Source: Dehalococcoidia bacterium
GTDB lineage: Bacteria > Chloroflexota > Dehalococcoidia > UBA2979
Direction of reading: 5' to 3'
DNA: 64,000 nucleotides
NCBI GenBank assembly: GCA_964291495.2
Contig: OZ219871.1
Location: 256,001 to 320,000 of the forward strand
The position numbers and the translations under genes were made by a program. This document shows, piece after piece, positions 1 through 10,993 of the stretch (the stretch's first letter is position 1; every line of letters starts with the position of its first letter). The notes under the pieces are model-generated. The model was given only the letters and a program-made list of their open reading frames with translations. It was not told the origin of the DNA and did not search any database.

Positions 1-1
1 C

Positions 2-67
2 TCGGAGGACAAGAGCGGCTGCCCACCGGGGACCGGTGGCATCCAGTACGCGCTGCCGTACCGCTAG
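2..67 (+). CDS. 3' end of amino-acid ABC transporter substrate-binding protein (AapJ/BztA-like), partial
   Basis: Frame reads ...GTGGIQYALPYR*, resembling the AapJ-family C-terminus; lies directly upstream of AapQ/M/P-like genes. Confidence 0.65.
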   Translation, partial: SEDKSGCPPGTGGIQYALPYR

Positions 68-95
68 GCCTACGAGCAACGCGAGCACGCAACTC

Positions 96-125
96 GAGGG
101 GTTGCCCCAGTTGGGGCAACCCCTC
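96..125 (+). terminator. Perfect inverted repeat (terminator or mRNA-stabilising hairpin) after the SBP gene
   Basis: GAGGGGTTGCCCCA-gt-TGGGGCAACCCCTC; only a short T tract follows. Confidence 0.65.
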
Positions 126-188
126 TTGCATAAGTCCGGCTGCGCGCGTGAACGCGCGCGCGAGCCGGGCAGCCGCTAGGCTGTGACC

Positions 189-1382
189 ATGTCAGCTGCC
201 GCTCCGCCCGAGCCAGCACCCGTTCCGCTGATCCACCGGCGGAGCTTCCGGGACTTCGCCACGCAGGGCGTCTACGTCGCCGTGACGGCTCTTGCCTTCG
301 CGTATGTGTTCGTGTCGCTCGACCTGCGGGAGTTCGGCTTTACCTTCCTGGGGGAGCCAGCCGGCTTCGCCGTGGGCAGCCAGTGGATCGTTGACGTCGA
401 CGGCGTCACCAACTCACGGCTCACGATGTACCTCGTCGGCGTGTGGGCGTCGATCCGCGCGGTGATCGTTGCGATCGTGCTCTCGACGATTCTCGGGGTC
501 ATCGTCGGAGTGGCCCGGCTGTCGAACAACTGGCTGGTATCGCAGCTCGCGATGCTCTTCGTTGAGATTTTCCGGAACACCCCGCTGCTTGTGCAGATCG
601 TGCTGGTCTACGCGGTCTTCCTGGTGGGGATGCCGCTGATCCAGGACGTCATCGACGTCGGTGGAGTCTTCTACCTGTCCAACCGCGGCATGGCGATTCC
701 CTGGCCGGTCCCCAGCGGTGGCCTGTGGGGGCTCCCGCACTGGTTCGCTGGGGTGTGGGTACTCGTCCTGCTCGTACTTGCCCTGATCGCCATGCGCGTA
801 CGAGCGCGCTGGCAGGAGCGCGAGCGTGAGACCGGCACCCCAATGAACGCGAACCGGCGAGCGTTCACGATGTTCGCCATCGGCGCGGTTGCCTCCTACA
901 TCGTGCTGGGTGGGCCTGTGGTGATCGATGCGCCCATCATCGAGGGGACGCACTATGCCGAGGGCATGGTCGTCAATCCAGAGTTCGCGGCGCTGGTTGT
1001 TGGTCTCACGTTGTACACGGGCTCGTTCATTGCCGAAGTCGTCCGCGCCGGTATCCAGGCACTGCCCCGGGGCCAGTCCGAGGCCGCGAACGCAGTGGGA
1101 CTCACCAACTACCAGCGCCTGACGCTCGTGATCCTGCCGCAGGCGCTGCGCCAGATCATTCCCTCGGTCACAAACCAGTACCTGAACGTCAACAAGAACT
1201 CGTCGCTGGCGTACGCCGTGCTCTACGACGACCTGTTCCGCGTGGCCACCATCGTGCAGAACAAGGCGGGGCACGCGCTGGAGATGTTCTTCGTCATCAT
1301 CATCACTTACATGATCATCTCGTTCGTCATTTCCGCGATCATGAACTTCTTCAACGCCCGCGTAACGGTGCACGAGGTCTAG
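189..1382 (+). CDS. aapQ: Amino-acid ABC transporter permease (AapQ/BztB-like)
   Basis: Multi-TM protein; FRNTPLLVQ and EAA loop (AEVVRAGIQALPRGQSEAA); ATG189 chosen because TAGGCT lies 6 nt upstream. Confidence 0.85.
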   Translation: MSAAAPPEPAPVPLIHRRSFRDFATQGVYVAVTALAFAYVFVSLDLREFGFTFLGEPAGFAVGSQWIVDVDGVTNSRLTMYLVGVWASIRAVIVAIVLSTILGVIVGVARLSNNWLVSQLAMLFVEIFRNTPLLVQIVLVYAVFLVGMPLIQDVIDVGGVFYLSNRGMAIPWPVPSGGLWGLPHWFAGVWVLVLLVLALIAMRVRARWQERERETGTPMNANRRAFTMFAIGAVASYIVLGGPVVIDAPIIEGTHYAEGMVVNPEFAALVVGLTLYTGSFIAEVVRAGIQALPRGQSEAANAVGLTNYQRLTLVILPQALRQIIPSVTNQYLNVNKNSSLAYAVLYDDLFRVATIVQNKAGHALEMFFVIIITYMIISFVISAIMNFFNARVTVHEV

Positions 1383-1391
1383 GGAGGCGCG

Positions 1392-2627
1392 ATGGCCGAG
1401 ATGCCTATGCAGCAGCCCCCGGGACGCATCGTCCTCCCTCCGCACCGCGAGCGCGCCGGCCGGCCGTTCTCGGTGCGCGCGCGCGAGTGGATACGTCGCA
1501 ACCTCTTCCCATCGACCGGTGGGACTGTGCTGACGCTCTCGGCAGCGGTCTTCCTCGGGCTGCTGGTCATTGGCGTGTTCTGGTTCGTGTTCGTCGACGC
1601 GAACTGGCGCATCGTCACGGTCAACCGCTGGCTGCTCTTCGCTGGCGGGTTCCCCCGCGAAGAGGCGTGGCGGCTGTGGGTCGGCATGGGCTTCGTCTTC
1701 ATGCTCATTGGCCTGACGTACGGCACCTGGTCGAGCTTCGGGCGTCGCGATCACATCTTTGTGGCGATCGCCGGGGCGTTCGTGGTCTTCGTCATGGCCC
1801 ATGGTGGGGCAGCGATCTGGTCCTCGGTGTGGTTCCTGCTCGCCGTCGGAATCATGTACCTCTCGTATGCGGCCACCGTACGGCTGCCCCGCGAGTTGAG
1901 CCCGGGCCGCACGCTGCAGCAGCGCGTGGTCGGCGGGTTGCTCGTGGTTTCGTTGCCGGTGGCTCTGGTGATCCTGCTCTCAGGCGAAGCGAATGTCCGG
2001 CAGCTCGACGGCTTCGTGTTGAACCTGGTGCTCGCCCCGGTCGGGATCATCGGCGGGCTCGTGATTGCGATCCCGCTCGCGATCGGGCGTGCCTCGAGCA
2101 TGAAGGCCATCTCCTGGACCTGCACCACCTACATCGAGGTCGTGCGGGGGGCGCCACTGCTCGGCTGGCTGTTCGTCGCGCTGTTCATCCTCGACGACGT
2201 GGTCGGCGGAGATCTGATCGTTCGCGCCATGGTGGTCATGGCTGTCTTCACCGGTGCCTACATGGCGGAGTCGATCCGCGGCGCGCTGCAGGCGCTCCCG
2301 CGCGGGCAGTTCGAGGCCGCGCACGCCGTGGGCCTCTCCCGGTTGCAGGCGCTGCGACTGATCATCCTGCCGCAGGCGCTGCGCATCTCGATCCCGCCGA
2401 TCGTCGGGCAGGCGATCGCGATCTGGAAGGACACGACGCTCGTGACCGTGATCCTTCCGCTCCGTGAGCTCAAGGGGAACGCCGACTCAGCCATTGCTCA
2501 GCGCGAGTTTATCGACGACCGCATCGAGGCGTACGTCTTCGTCGCTGTCGTCTTCTGGGTCGTCGCCTTCATGATGTCGCGCATCTCGCAGCGTATCGAG
2601 GACACGCTCGGCGTCGGCGAACGCTAG
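1392..2627 (+). CDS. aapM: Amino-acid ABC transporter permease (AapM/BztC-like)
   Basis: YIEVVRGAPLL, AESIRGALQALPRGQFEAA; SD GGAGG. Confidence 0.85.
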   Translation: MAEMPMQQPPGRIVLPPHRERAGRPFSVRAREWIRRNLFPSTGGTVLTLSAAVFLGLLVIGVFWFVFVDANWRIVTVNRWLLFAGGFPREEAWRLWVGMGFVFMLIGLTYGTWSSFGRRDHIFVAIAGAFVVFVMAHGGAAIWSSVWFLLAVGIMYLSYAATVRLPRELSPGRTLQQRVVGGLLVVSLPVALVILLSGEANVRQLDGFVLNLVLAPVGIIGGLVIAIPLAIGRASSMKAISWTCTTYIEVVRGAPLLGWLFVALFILDDVVGGDLIVRAMVVMAVFTGAYMAESIRGALQALPRGQFEAAHAVGLSRLQALRLIILPQALRISIPPIVGQAIAIWKDTTLVTVILPLRELKGNADSAIAQREFIDDRIEAYVFVAVVFWVVAFMMSRISQRIEDTLGVGER

Positions 2628-2657
2628 GATGATTGGAAGCGGGGAAGGAGCACCGCG

Positions 2658-3443
<786 letters not shown>

Positions 3444-3485
3444 CGGATCCGCGCACCAACCGACGGGCGCCCGGACCGCGCCGCA

Positions 3486-3561
3486 TGGCGCCCTCGGGAG
3501 GATTCGAACCTCCGGCCTCCGGATTAGAAGTCCGCTGCTCTGTCCCCTGAGCTACGAGGGC
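3486..3561 (-). tRNA. tRNA-Arg (anticodon UCU), CCA encoded
   Basis: Minus strand GCCCTCG-TAGCTCAGGGGACAGAGC-A-GCGGA-CTTCTAA-TCCGG...GGAGG-TTCGAAT-CCTCC-CGAGGGC-G-CCA; 76-nt cloverleaf. Confidence 0.95.
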
Positions 3562-3687
3562 GCGCGGGCGCCTGGGCCTCGATCTCAGGATACAGCGGGC
3601 CGCCTTGCTGAGCGCCCCGCACTTACGGTCCGCTAGAATCGCGCGCGGATGAGCCGCAGCCGCGGCACTCGCGCCGTTTGGAGGCAC

Positions 3688-4836
3688 ATGACCGACTCGC
3701 CGCTCCAGCAGGTTGCGATCGTCGGGGCCTACAACACCAAGGTCGCACGCCACCTCGAGGGCGAGACATCGCTCTCGGTCACGGTCGACGCGCTGCGTGG
3801 CGCGCTGGCGGACGCGGGCATCGACGGCTCCGAGGTCGACGGCGTCAACGTGCTGGCGAGCATGGAGCCGGCAGCCCAGACGCACTTCGTGCACCTGCTG
3901 GGCGGACGGCCGAGCTGGACGGGCGGAGCGCTCGTCGGCGTCTCGGCCGTACTCGAGGCGGCCTCGGCGATCGCGACGGGCTTCTGCCAGACGGTGGTGA
4001 TCGCGAACGGCCAGGCGGGCGCCTATTCCGTTCGTCCCTCGACCGCGCCGTGGACCCGGCCGAGCAACGAGTTCGTCGAGTGCTTCGGGCTCTACACCGC
4101 CGCCGAGTTCGCCCTGATCGCACAGCGGCACATGTACCTCTACGACACGAAGCCCGAGCACCTCGCCGAGGTCGCCTCGGCGATCCGCACGAACGGCGGG
4201 CGCAACCCGGACGCCGTCTACAGCGGGCAGGTGATCACGCCCGAGGACGTGCTCAACTCGCGCATGGTCGCCGACCCGTTCCACCTGCTGGACTGCGCGA
4301 TGACCGCCGAGGGCGGCGCCGGCCTTGTGCTCACGACCGTCGAACGCGCGCGCGACCTCGATGTGCCGCTGGTGCGCGTGCTCGGCGGCGGACTCGACCG
4401 GCGCGGGCCCGCGTACCACATGGCGCCGATCTGGGACCGCGTCGGCGATGTCGGCGCCTGGGCCGCGAAGAAGGCCTTCGCGATGGCGGGGCTCCAGCCC
4501 TCGGACGTGGACGTGTGCGAGTTCTATGACCCGTTCTCGTTCGAGATCATCCGCCAGTTCGAGGCGTACGGCTTCTGCGAGCTGGGCGAGGGCGGTCCAT
4601 TCGTGATGGACGGGCGGGTCCGGCCCGGCGGCGAGTTCCCGATCGTCACCGACGGCGGGACGATGTCGTTCTGTCACGCGGGCACGGCGCAGCTGCTGCA
4701 GCGCGTGGTCTCCGCCGTGCGGCAGCTGCGTGGGACTGCCCACTACAACCAGATCGAGGGCGCAGAGGTCGCGATGGTGACGAACCACGGCGCCGGGGCG
4801 CTCTTCACCGACGCCGCCCTGCTCGGCCGCGGCTAG
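3688..4836 (+). CDS. Thiolase-family protein (SCP2-thiolase/Ltp-like)
   Basis: VAIVGA N-terminus, LLDCAMTAEGGAG, DVDVCEFYDPF, TDGG.MS..H; SD GGAGG. Confidence 0.85.
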   Translation: MTDSPLQQVAIVGAYNTKVARHLEGETSLSVTVDALRGALADAGIDGSEVDGVNVLASMEPAAQTHFVHLLGGRPSWTGGALVGVSAVLEAASAIATGFCQTVVIANGQAGAYSVRPSTAPWTRPSNEFVECFGLYTAAEFALIAQRHMYLYDTKPEHLAEVASAIRTNGGRNPDAVYSGQVITPEDVLNSRMVADPFHLLDCAMTAEGGAGLVLTTVERARDLDVPLVRVLGGGLDRRGPAYHMAPIWDRVGDVGAWAAKKAFAMAGLQPSDVDVCEFYDPFSFEIIRQFEAYGFCELGEGGPFVMDGRVRPGGEFPIVTDGGTMSFCHAGTAQLLQRVVSAVRQLRGTAHYNQIEGAEVAMVTNHGAGALFTDAALLGRG

Positions 4837-4918
4837 GCGCGCGCGCGGGGCCGGGTCCCGGCGCTCACCACGCCGGAGCTCCTCGAACGTTCCCAAAAAT
4901 ATGTATCCTGTGTGAGCC

Positions 4919-7024
4919 ATGACGAGTACTCCCCAGGCCGCACGGGCAAGCGCCGAAGCGCGCACTGCGCCGCGCCGCGAGGCCGCGCTCGACCTCGACG
5001 ACCCGGAGCTCTACCTCAACCGCGAGCTGAGCTGGCTGGACTTCAACGACCGCGTGCTGGCGGAGGCGCAGGACCCGCGCAACCCGCTGCTGGAGCGCGT
5101 CAAGTTCGTCGCCATCACCAGCAGCAACCTCGATGAGTTCTACGAGAAGCGGATCGGCTGGCTGCAGCGCCTGCTGCGCACCAACCCCGCGCGCCGCACC
5201 GTGGACGGCCTGACCGTGGCCGCCCAGTTGATGCAGGCGAAGGAGCGCTGCGCCGCGATGCGGCACGCGACCGACGAGCTGTGGATGCGCGAGCTGCGCC
5301 CGGCGCTCGCCGCAGCCGGAGTGCGCATCGTCAGCTTCGACTCACTCAAGGAAGCCGAACAGGCGGAGCTCGGGGAGCACTTCGAGCGCATGATCCTGCC
5401 GGTGCTGACGCCACTGGTCGTCGATCCGGCGCATCCCTTCCCGTTCATCTCCGGCGGCAGTCTCTCGCTGGTGATCGAGCTGGCGGACCCCGGGAGCAGC
5501 AGCGGGCGGTTCGCGCGCGTCAAGGTGCCGCCCAACCGCCCTCGCTTCATCGAGATCGGGGACGGGCGCTTCGTCCCGATCGAGGAGGTGATCGGGGCCT
5601 TCCTGCACCTGCTCTTCAACGGCGTCGAGGTGCGCGGCTGGAACATGGTGCGCGTGCTCCGCAGCGCCGACATCGGCGAGCCCGGCGAGGCGGCGCAGGA
5701 TCTGCGCGAGCTGATCGAGAGCCAGCTCGAGCAGCGGCGCCTCGCGTCCGCGGTCGCCCTCGAGGCCCCCGTCGCGCTGCCGCCCGCACACCGGCGCCTG
5801 CTGCTCGACGAGCTGGACCTCGACGACTCCGACGTGATCGAGATCGACGACCTGATCGGCAAGGACGACCTGATGCAGATCGGCACGCTGCCGCGGCCCG
5901 ATCTGTCGGTCCCGCCCTTCACCCCGGCGGTCCCCTCCTCGTTCGCCAACGTCGAGGACGACGCCGCGCTGTTCGCGCTTCTGCGCGAGCGGGACGTGCT
6001 GGTCAGCCACCCCTACGAGTCCTTCGATGCGACGGTCGCACGCTTCGTCGAGGCCGCTGCGCGTGATCCGCACGTGCTCGCGATCAAGCAGACGCTGTAC
6101 CGCACCTCGCCGGACTCGCCCGTGCTGGAGTCGCTGATCGACGCGGCAGGCAAGGGCAAGCAGGTCGCCGTCGTGGTCGAGCTGTCGGCGCGCTTCGACG
6201 AGGCAAACAACATCGAGTGGACGCATCGCCTCGAGCAGGCAGGGGTGCACATCGCCTACGGCTCGCCGGCGCTGAAGGTGCACAGCAAGACCTGCCTCGT
6301 CGTGCGCGAAGAGGAATCGGAGCTGCGCCTCTACGCGCACATCGGGACGGGGAACTACAACTCCGCGACCGCGCGCGTCTACAGCGACCTCGGCCTGTTC
6401 ACGTCCGACCACGGCATCTGCTCGGACCTCGTGACGGTCTTCAACCACCTCACCGGATCCTCCGCGCAGCCGGTGACCGACCACCTCGTGGTCGCGCCCA
6501 CCACGCTGCGGCGCGACTTCGAGCAACGCGTGCGGCGCGAGATCGAGCACGCCCGCAACGGCCGGGCAGCGCGCGTGATCTTCAAGATGAACGCGCTCGA
6601 GGACGCCCGCTTCACGCGGCTGCTCTACGAGGCCGCCCAGGCCGGCGTGCAGGTCGACCTGATCGTGCGCGGCATCTGCCGCCTGCGGCCCGGCCTCGAG
6701 GGCCTGAGCGAGCGCGTGCGCGTGGTCAGCGTCGTGGGCCGTTTCCTCGAGCACGCCCGCATCTACTGCTTCGAGAACGACGGCGACCCCGAGTACTTCA
6801 TCGGCAGCGCCGACCTGATGGAGCGCAACATGGACGAGCGGATCGAGATCCTCACTCCGATCCGCCAGGCCGACCTGCGCGAGCAGCTGCAGGGCGTCCT
6901 CGACGACCAGCTCGACGACTGCCGCCAGGGCTGGGAGCTGCGCGACTCCGAGTGGGAGCGCGATCCGCAGTGCCCTCGGCCCGGCGTGCACGCCGAGCTG
7001 CTGGCCCGCGCCCCGTTCAGCTAG
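4919..7024 (+). CDS. ppk1: Polyphosphate kinase 1
   Basis: YLNRELSWLDFNDRVL, HPYESF, IKQTLYR, ARFDEANNI, KVHSK, GTGNYN, GRFLEH. Confidence 0.96.
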   Translation: MTSTPQAARASAEARTAPRREAALDLDDPELYLNRELSWLDFNDRVLAEAQDPRNPLLERVKFVAITSSNLDEFYEKRIGWLQRLLRTNPARRTVDGLTVAAQLMQAKERCAAMRHATDELWMRELRPALAAAGVRIVSFDSLKEAEQAELGEHFERMILPVLTPLVVDPAHPFPFISGGSLSLVIELADPGSSSGRFARVKVPPNRPRFIEIGDGRFVPIEEVIGAFLHLLFNGVEVRGWNMVRVLRSADIGEPGEAAQDLRELIESQLEQRRLASAVALEAPVALPPAHRRLLLDELDLDDSDVIEIDDLIGKDDLMQIGTLPRPDLSVPPFTPAVPSSFANVEDDAALFALLRERDVLVSHPYESFDATVARFVEAAARDPHVLAIKQTLYRTSPDSPVLESLIDAAGKGKQVAVVVELSARFDEANNIEWTHRLEQAGVHIAYGSPALKVHSKTCLVVREEESELRLYAHIGTGNYNSATARVYSDLGLFTSDHGICSDLVTVFNHLTGSSAQPVTDHLVVAPTTLRRDFEQRVRREIEHARNGRAARVIFKMNALEDARFTRLLYEAAQAGVQVDLIVRGICRLRPGLEGLSERVRVVSVVGRFLEHARIYCFENDGDPEYFIGSADLMERNMDERIEILTPIRQADLREQLQGVLDDQLDDCRQGWELRDSEWERDPQCPRPGVHAELLARAPFS

Positions 7025-7168
7025 AACCGCTACCGGCGCTCGGCATCCGGCCACGCGCACCACGCCGCGTCTCGCAGTCCAACACGGAGCACTCGCCTCG
7101 TCGCCCCGGTCGCCGGAGCGGCCCGCTACCATGACGCCCGCACTGCCGTAGCCGGCAAGGGACTTGGG

Positions 7169-8404
7169 ATGGCGCGGGCGCTCGCGAACTACCGCATCTG
7201 CGATTTCACGGGCCAGCTCGCCGGCGCGGGCGCGACGCGTCACCTCGCCGCGTTCGGCGCCGAGGTGATCCGCATCGAGGATCCCGTGAACGAGGGGCGC
7301 TGGGACATCTTGCGCGGGCAGCCGCCCTACCCGGACGAGCGACGCGGCATCAACCTCGGCGGCGCCTTCAACAACCACAACACGGAGAAGCTGGGCATCA
7401 CGCTCAACCTCCGCACGGAGCGCGGCAAGGAGCTGCTGCGCGACCTCGTGCGCATCTCCGACGCCGTGACGGAGAACTTCTCGGCCGGCGTGATGGAGCG
7501 GCTGGGCTTCGGGTACGAGCAGCTACGGGAGCTCAAGCCGGACATCGTCTACGTCTCCAACAGCGGCTTCGGCGGTAGCGGCCCCTACCGCGACTACAAG
7601 ACCTGGGGCCCGATCGTGCAGGCGATCTCCGGGCTGACGTGGACCTCGAAACTGCGCGACCAGCCGCCCGCCGGCTGGGGCTACTCCTACATGGACCACA
7701 CCGGCGCCTACTACATGGCGATCGGGCTGCTTGCCGCGCTGCACCACCGCAACGTCAGCGGCGAGGGCCAGTGGGTGGACATGGCCTGCACCGAGGCGGG
7801 CGCGACGCTGACCGGACCGGCGACCCTCGACTACACCGCCAACGGACGCCCGACGCGCCGCGACGGCCTGCCCGACTCGAACCACAGCGAGTGGCCGCCG
7901 ATGTCCCCGCACGCGATCTACCCCGCCGCCGGCGAGGACAACTGGATCGCGATCGCCTGCCGCGACGAGGACGACTGGCGCGCCCTCGCCGCCGTCGTCG
8001 CCGCGCCGTGGACCGGCGACCCGCGCTTCGCCGGCCTCGAGGCGCGACGCGAGCACGAGGACGCCCTCGACGAACGCATCGCGGCCTGGACCGGCGAGCG
8101 CGAGGCCTTCGAGACGGCCGCGCGCCTGCGGGCTGCGGGCGTGCCCGCGGCCGCCGTCGCCCGCCCCGAGGACCGCATCGACCACGACCCGAGCACGGCT
8201 GCCTGGGGCCTCTGGCCGGAGGTCACGCAGACGGAGATGGGCCGCGTCCGCGTCGACGGCCTGCCCGCGCACCTCGGCGAGACGGACTGGCAGCTCGAGC
8301 GCGGCGCGCCCTGCCTTGGCGAGCACAACGAGTACGTCTTCGGCGAGCTGCTCGGCCTCGACAGCAACGAGGTCGAGCAACTGCACGAGGACGGCGTGAT
8401 ATGA
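7169..8404 (+). CDS. Family III (CaiB/BaiF) CoA-transferase, catalytic subunit
   Basis: LAAFGAEVIRIE, ENFSAGVMERLG, SYMDHTGA (catalytic Asp position), APCLGEHN. Confidence 0.9.
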   Translation: MARALANYRICDFTGQLAGAGATRHLAAFGAEVIRIEDPVNEGRWDILRGQPPYPDERRGINLGGAFNNHNTEKLGITLNLRTERGKELLRDLVRISDAVTENFSAGVMERLGFGYEQLRELKPDIVYVSNSGFGGSGPYRDYKTWGPIVQAISGLTWTSKLRDQPPAGWGYSYMDHTGAYYMAIGLLAALHHRNVSGEGQWVDMACTEAGATLTGPATLDYTANGRPTRRDGLPDSNHSEWPPMSPHAIYPAAGEDNWIAIACRDEDDWRALAAVVAAPWTGDPRFAGLEARREHEDALDERIAAWTGEREAFETAARLRAAGVPAAAVARPEDRIDHDPSTAAWGLWPEVTQTEMGRVRVDGLPAHLGETDWQLERGAPCLGEHNEYVFGELLGLDSNEVEQLHEDGVI

Positions 8405-9672
8405 CGCAGCCGCCCACGTCCGCACCCGGTCCGCTCGCGAGTCTGCGCGTCGTCGAGCTCTGCGACGAGGCCGGCGAGCTGGCGGGCAAGCTGCTGGGCG
8501 ACATGGGCGCGGACGTTGTGAAGGTGGAGTCGCCCGAGGGCGCCCGCACCCGCCGCTACGAGCCCTTCCTCGGCGACGAGCCGCACCCGGAGCGCAGCCT
8601 CTACTTCTGGCACTACAACACCAGCAAGCGCTCGCTGACGCTCGACCTCGAGACTGACGAGGGCCGCGAGGCGTTCCGTCGCGTGGCAGCGAACGCCGAC
8701 GTGCTGGTGGAGGACCAGCCGCCGGGCCGCCTCGCGGCGCTGGGACTCGACTACGCGGACCTGCGCGCCGACAACCCCGGGCTGATCCACGCCGCGATCA
8801 CCTCGTTCGGGCGCAACGACCCGCGCAGCCTGGAGCCGTTCACCGACCTCACGATCCTCGCGGGTGGCGGGCCGGTCTGGTCCTGCGGCTACGACGACCA
8901 CTCGCTGCCGCCGGTGCGCGGCGGTGGCGGCCAGGGCTTCCAGACCGGCTGCCACTGGGCGCTGATCAGCATCCTCACCGCCCTCCTCCACCGAGACGGC
9001 GGTGGCGAGGGGCAGTTCATCGATGTCAGCATGCACGCCGCCTCGAACGTGACGACCGAGGCCGCGAGCTACCAGTGGCTCGTCGCCAACGCCACGGTCC
9101 AGCGCCAGACGGGACGCCACGCCGGCCCCTCGCCAAGCATCCCCACCCAGCGGGAGGCCGCCGACGGGCGCTGGATCAACACCGGCCTCTTCCCGCGCTA
9201 CCCGGACCAGTTCCGGACCGTGATCGAGTGGATGCGCGAGGTCGACCTGCTCGACGCGTTCGAGGAGGCGCCGCTGCTCGAGATCGCGGGGGGACGGGAC
9301 CGCATGCTCGACATCGGGCGCATCGGCGAGGACGGCGAGGAGGCCGCGCTGCTGGCGGCGGGGCGCGAGGCGATGAACCTGCTGGCGGCGAGCCTGCCCG
9401 CCTACGATTTCTTCGTGGGCGCCCAGGAGCGCGGCTTCCAGGTCGGGATCATCTATGCGCCCGAGGAGGTCATCAGCGACCCGCACTTCGTCGCGCGGGG
9501 CTTCCCGACGGAGGTCGAGCACCCGGAGCTGGACCGCTCCTTCACCTACCCCGGCGCACCCTGGCGCTTCGGGGCCTCGCCGTGGGCGATCAGCCGCCGC
9601 CCGCCGCTGCTCGCCGAGCACAACGAGGAGCTGCTGGCCGAGCTCGGCCTCGCCCCCACCGACGCCGGCTGA
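8401..9672 (+). CDS. Family III CoA-transferase, second (probably non-catalytic) subunit
   Basis: ATGA overlap with the previous gene; LGDMGADVVKVE, YNTSKRSLTLDL, PPLLAEHN. Confidence 0.88.
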   Translation: MTQPPTSAPGPLASLRVVELCDEAGELAGKLLGDMGADVVKVESPEGARTRRYEPFLGDEPHPERSLYFWHYNTSKRSLTLDLETDEGREAFRRVAANADVLVEDQPPGRLAALGLDYADLRADNPGLIHAAITSFGRNDPRSLEPFTDLTILAGGGPVWSCGYDDHSLPPVRGGGGQGFQTGCHWALISILTALLHRDGGGEGQFIDVSMHAASNVTTEAASYQWLVANATVQRQTGRHAGPSPSIPTQREAADGRWINTGLFPRYPDQFRTVIEWMREVDLLDAFEEAPLLEIAGGRDRMLDIGRIGEDGEEAALLAAGREAMNLLAASLPAYDFFVGAQERGFQVGIIYAPEEVISDPHFVARGFPTEVEHPELDRSFTYPGAPWRFGASPWAISRRPPLLAEHNEELLAELGLAPTDAG

Positions 9673-9685
9673 CCGAGGCGACCGC

Positions 9686-10888
9686 TCAGGCAACCACTCC
9701 GCGCCCACGCAGCTCGGCGATCCGCGCCGCCTCGAAACCGAGCGATGCGAGCACGTCGTCGGTGTGCTCGCCGAGCCGCGCCGAGTGCAGCCGTACCTCG
9801 CCCGGCGTGCCGAGCAGCCTCGGCGCGACGCCTACCTGCTCGACCGTGCCCGCTTCCGGGTCCTCGATGGTCTCGACCAGCCCGCGCGCCCGCACGTGCG
9901 GGTCCGCCGCCATCTCGTCGAGGTCGAGCACGGGCGTGAGGCAGGCGTCCGCCTCGCCGAGGGCGGCGAACCACTCGTCGCGGGGCCGCGTCCGGAAGGT
10001 CGCGGCGAAGGCGTCCATCATCTCCTGCTGGCGGTCGTCGTCGTGCTGGTGCGCGATGAACTCCTCGTGGCCGAGCCCGCGGCAGAGCGCCTCGAAGAAG
10101 TACGCCTCGATCGCGCCCACGCTGATCCACTTGCCGTCGGCGCACTGGTAGACGTTGTAGAAGCAGCGCCCGCCGCCGAGGGGGTGCTCGCCTCTCGGGG
10201 GCGGCGGCTTCTCGACGTTGAACATCCTCGAGATCTGCATGCTGAGCAGCGAGGTCACGCCATCCGACATCGCGAGGTCGATGTCCTGGCCGCGCCCGCT
10301 GCGCTCGCGCGCCTGCACGGCCACCAGCACGGCGAAGGCGAGCAGCAGGCCGCCGCCGCCGAAGTCGGCGACGAGGTTGAGCGGCATCACGGGCCGGCCG
10401 TCGGCGCCACCGATCATGCCGAGCGCCCCGCCGATCGAGATGTAGTTGATGTCGTGCCCGGCCATCTGCGCGTAGGGGCCCGTCCGGCCGTAGCCGGACA
10501 GGGTGCCGGTGATGATCCGCGGGTTGCGCGCCGCCAGCGTCGCGTAGTCGATGCCGAGGCGCTCCGTGACGCCCGGCCGGAAGCCGTCGAGCACGACGTC
10601 GGCGTCATCGACCAGGCGGTAGAAGAGCTCGAGGCCCTCGGGCTCGCGCAGGTTGATGGCGATCGAGCGCTTGTTGCGGCGGAAGGCATTGGTCGCGATC
10701 TGACGCTCGGCCCGGGCGGCGGCCTCCGGGTCGCCGCCACCCTGGGCGTCGAAGCGAGGCACCGCGCCGGGCGGAATCTCCACCATCAGCACGTCCGCGC
10801 CAAAGTCGGCGAGCAGCATCGAGCCGTACATGCCGGGCCCGAGCCGGGCGAGGTCCAGCACGCGCAGGCCCTCCAACGCCTTCGTCAT
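9686..10888 (-). CDS. CaiB/BaiF family, alpha-methylacyl-CoA racemase-like
   Basis: LEGLRVLDLARLGPG, GFRPGVTERLG, GHDINY, NLVADFGGG; SD GGAGG. Confidence 0.9.
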   Translation of the reverse strand: MTKALEGLRVLDLARLGPGMYGSMLLADFGADVLMVEIPPGAVPRFDAQGGGDPEAAARAERQIATNAFRRNKRSIAINLREPEGLELFYRLVDDADVVLDGFRPGVTERLGIDYATLAARNPRIITGTLSGYGRTGPYAQMAGHDINYISIGGALGMIGGADGRPVMPLNLVADFGGGGLLLAFAVLVAVQARERSGRGQDIDLAMSDGVTSLLSMQISRMFNVEKPPPPRGEHPLGGGRCFYNVYQCADGKWISVGAIEAYFFEALCRGLGHEEFIAHQHDDDRQQEMMDAFAATFRTRPRDEWFAALGEADACLTPVLDLDEMAADPHVRARGLVETIEDPEAGTVEQVGVAPRLLGTPGEVRLHSARLGEHTDDVLASLGFEAARIAELRGRGVVA

Positions 10889-10993
10889 CGCAACCTCCCG
10901 AATCGCCGGCCGGCCGGGGCAGCCGCCGCCCTCGGGCGACACGCTAGAATGCCCGCGACGCGGGGACCACCCCCGAGAGCCGGGAGCAGCGCC

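Noticed and set aside
3486-3561. tRNA-Arg as an island integration site
   Set aside because: No integrase nearby and no duplicated tRNA 3' end seen
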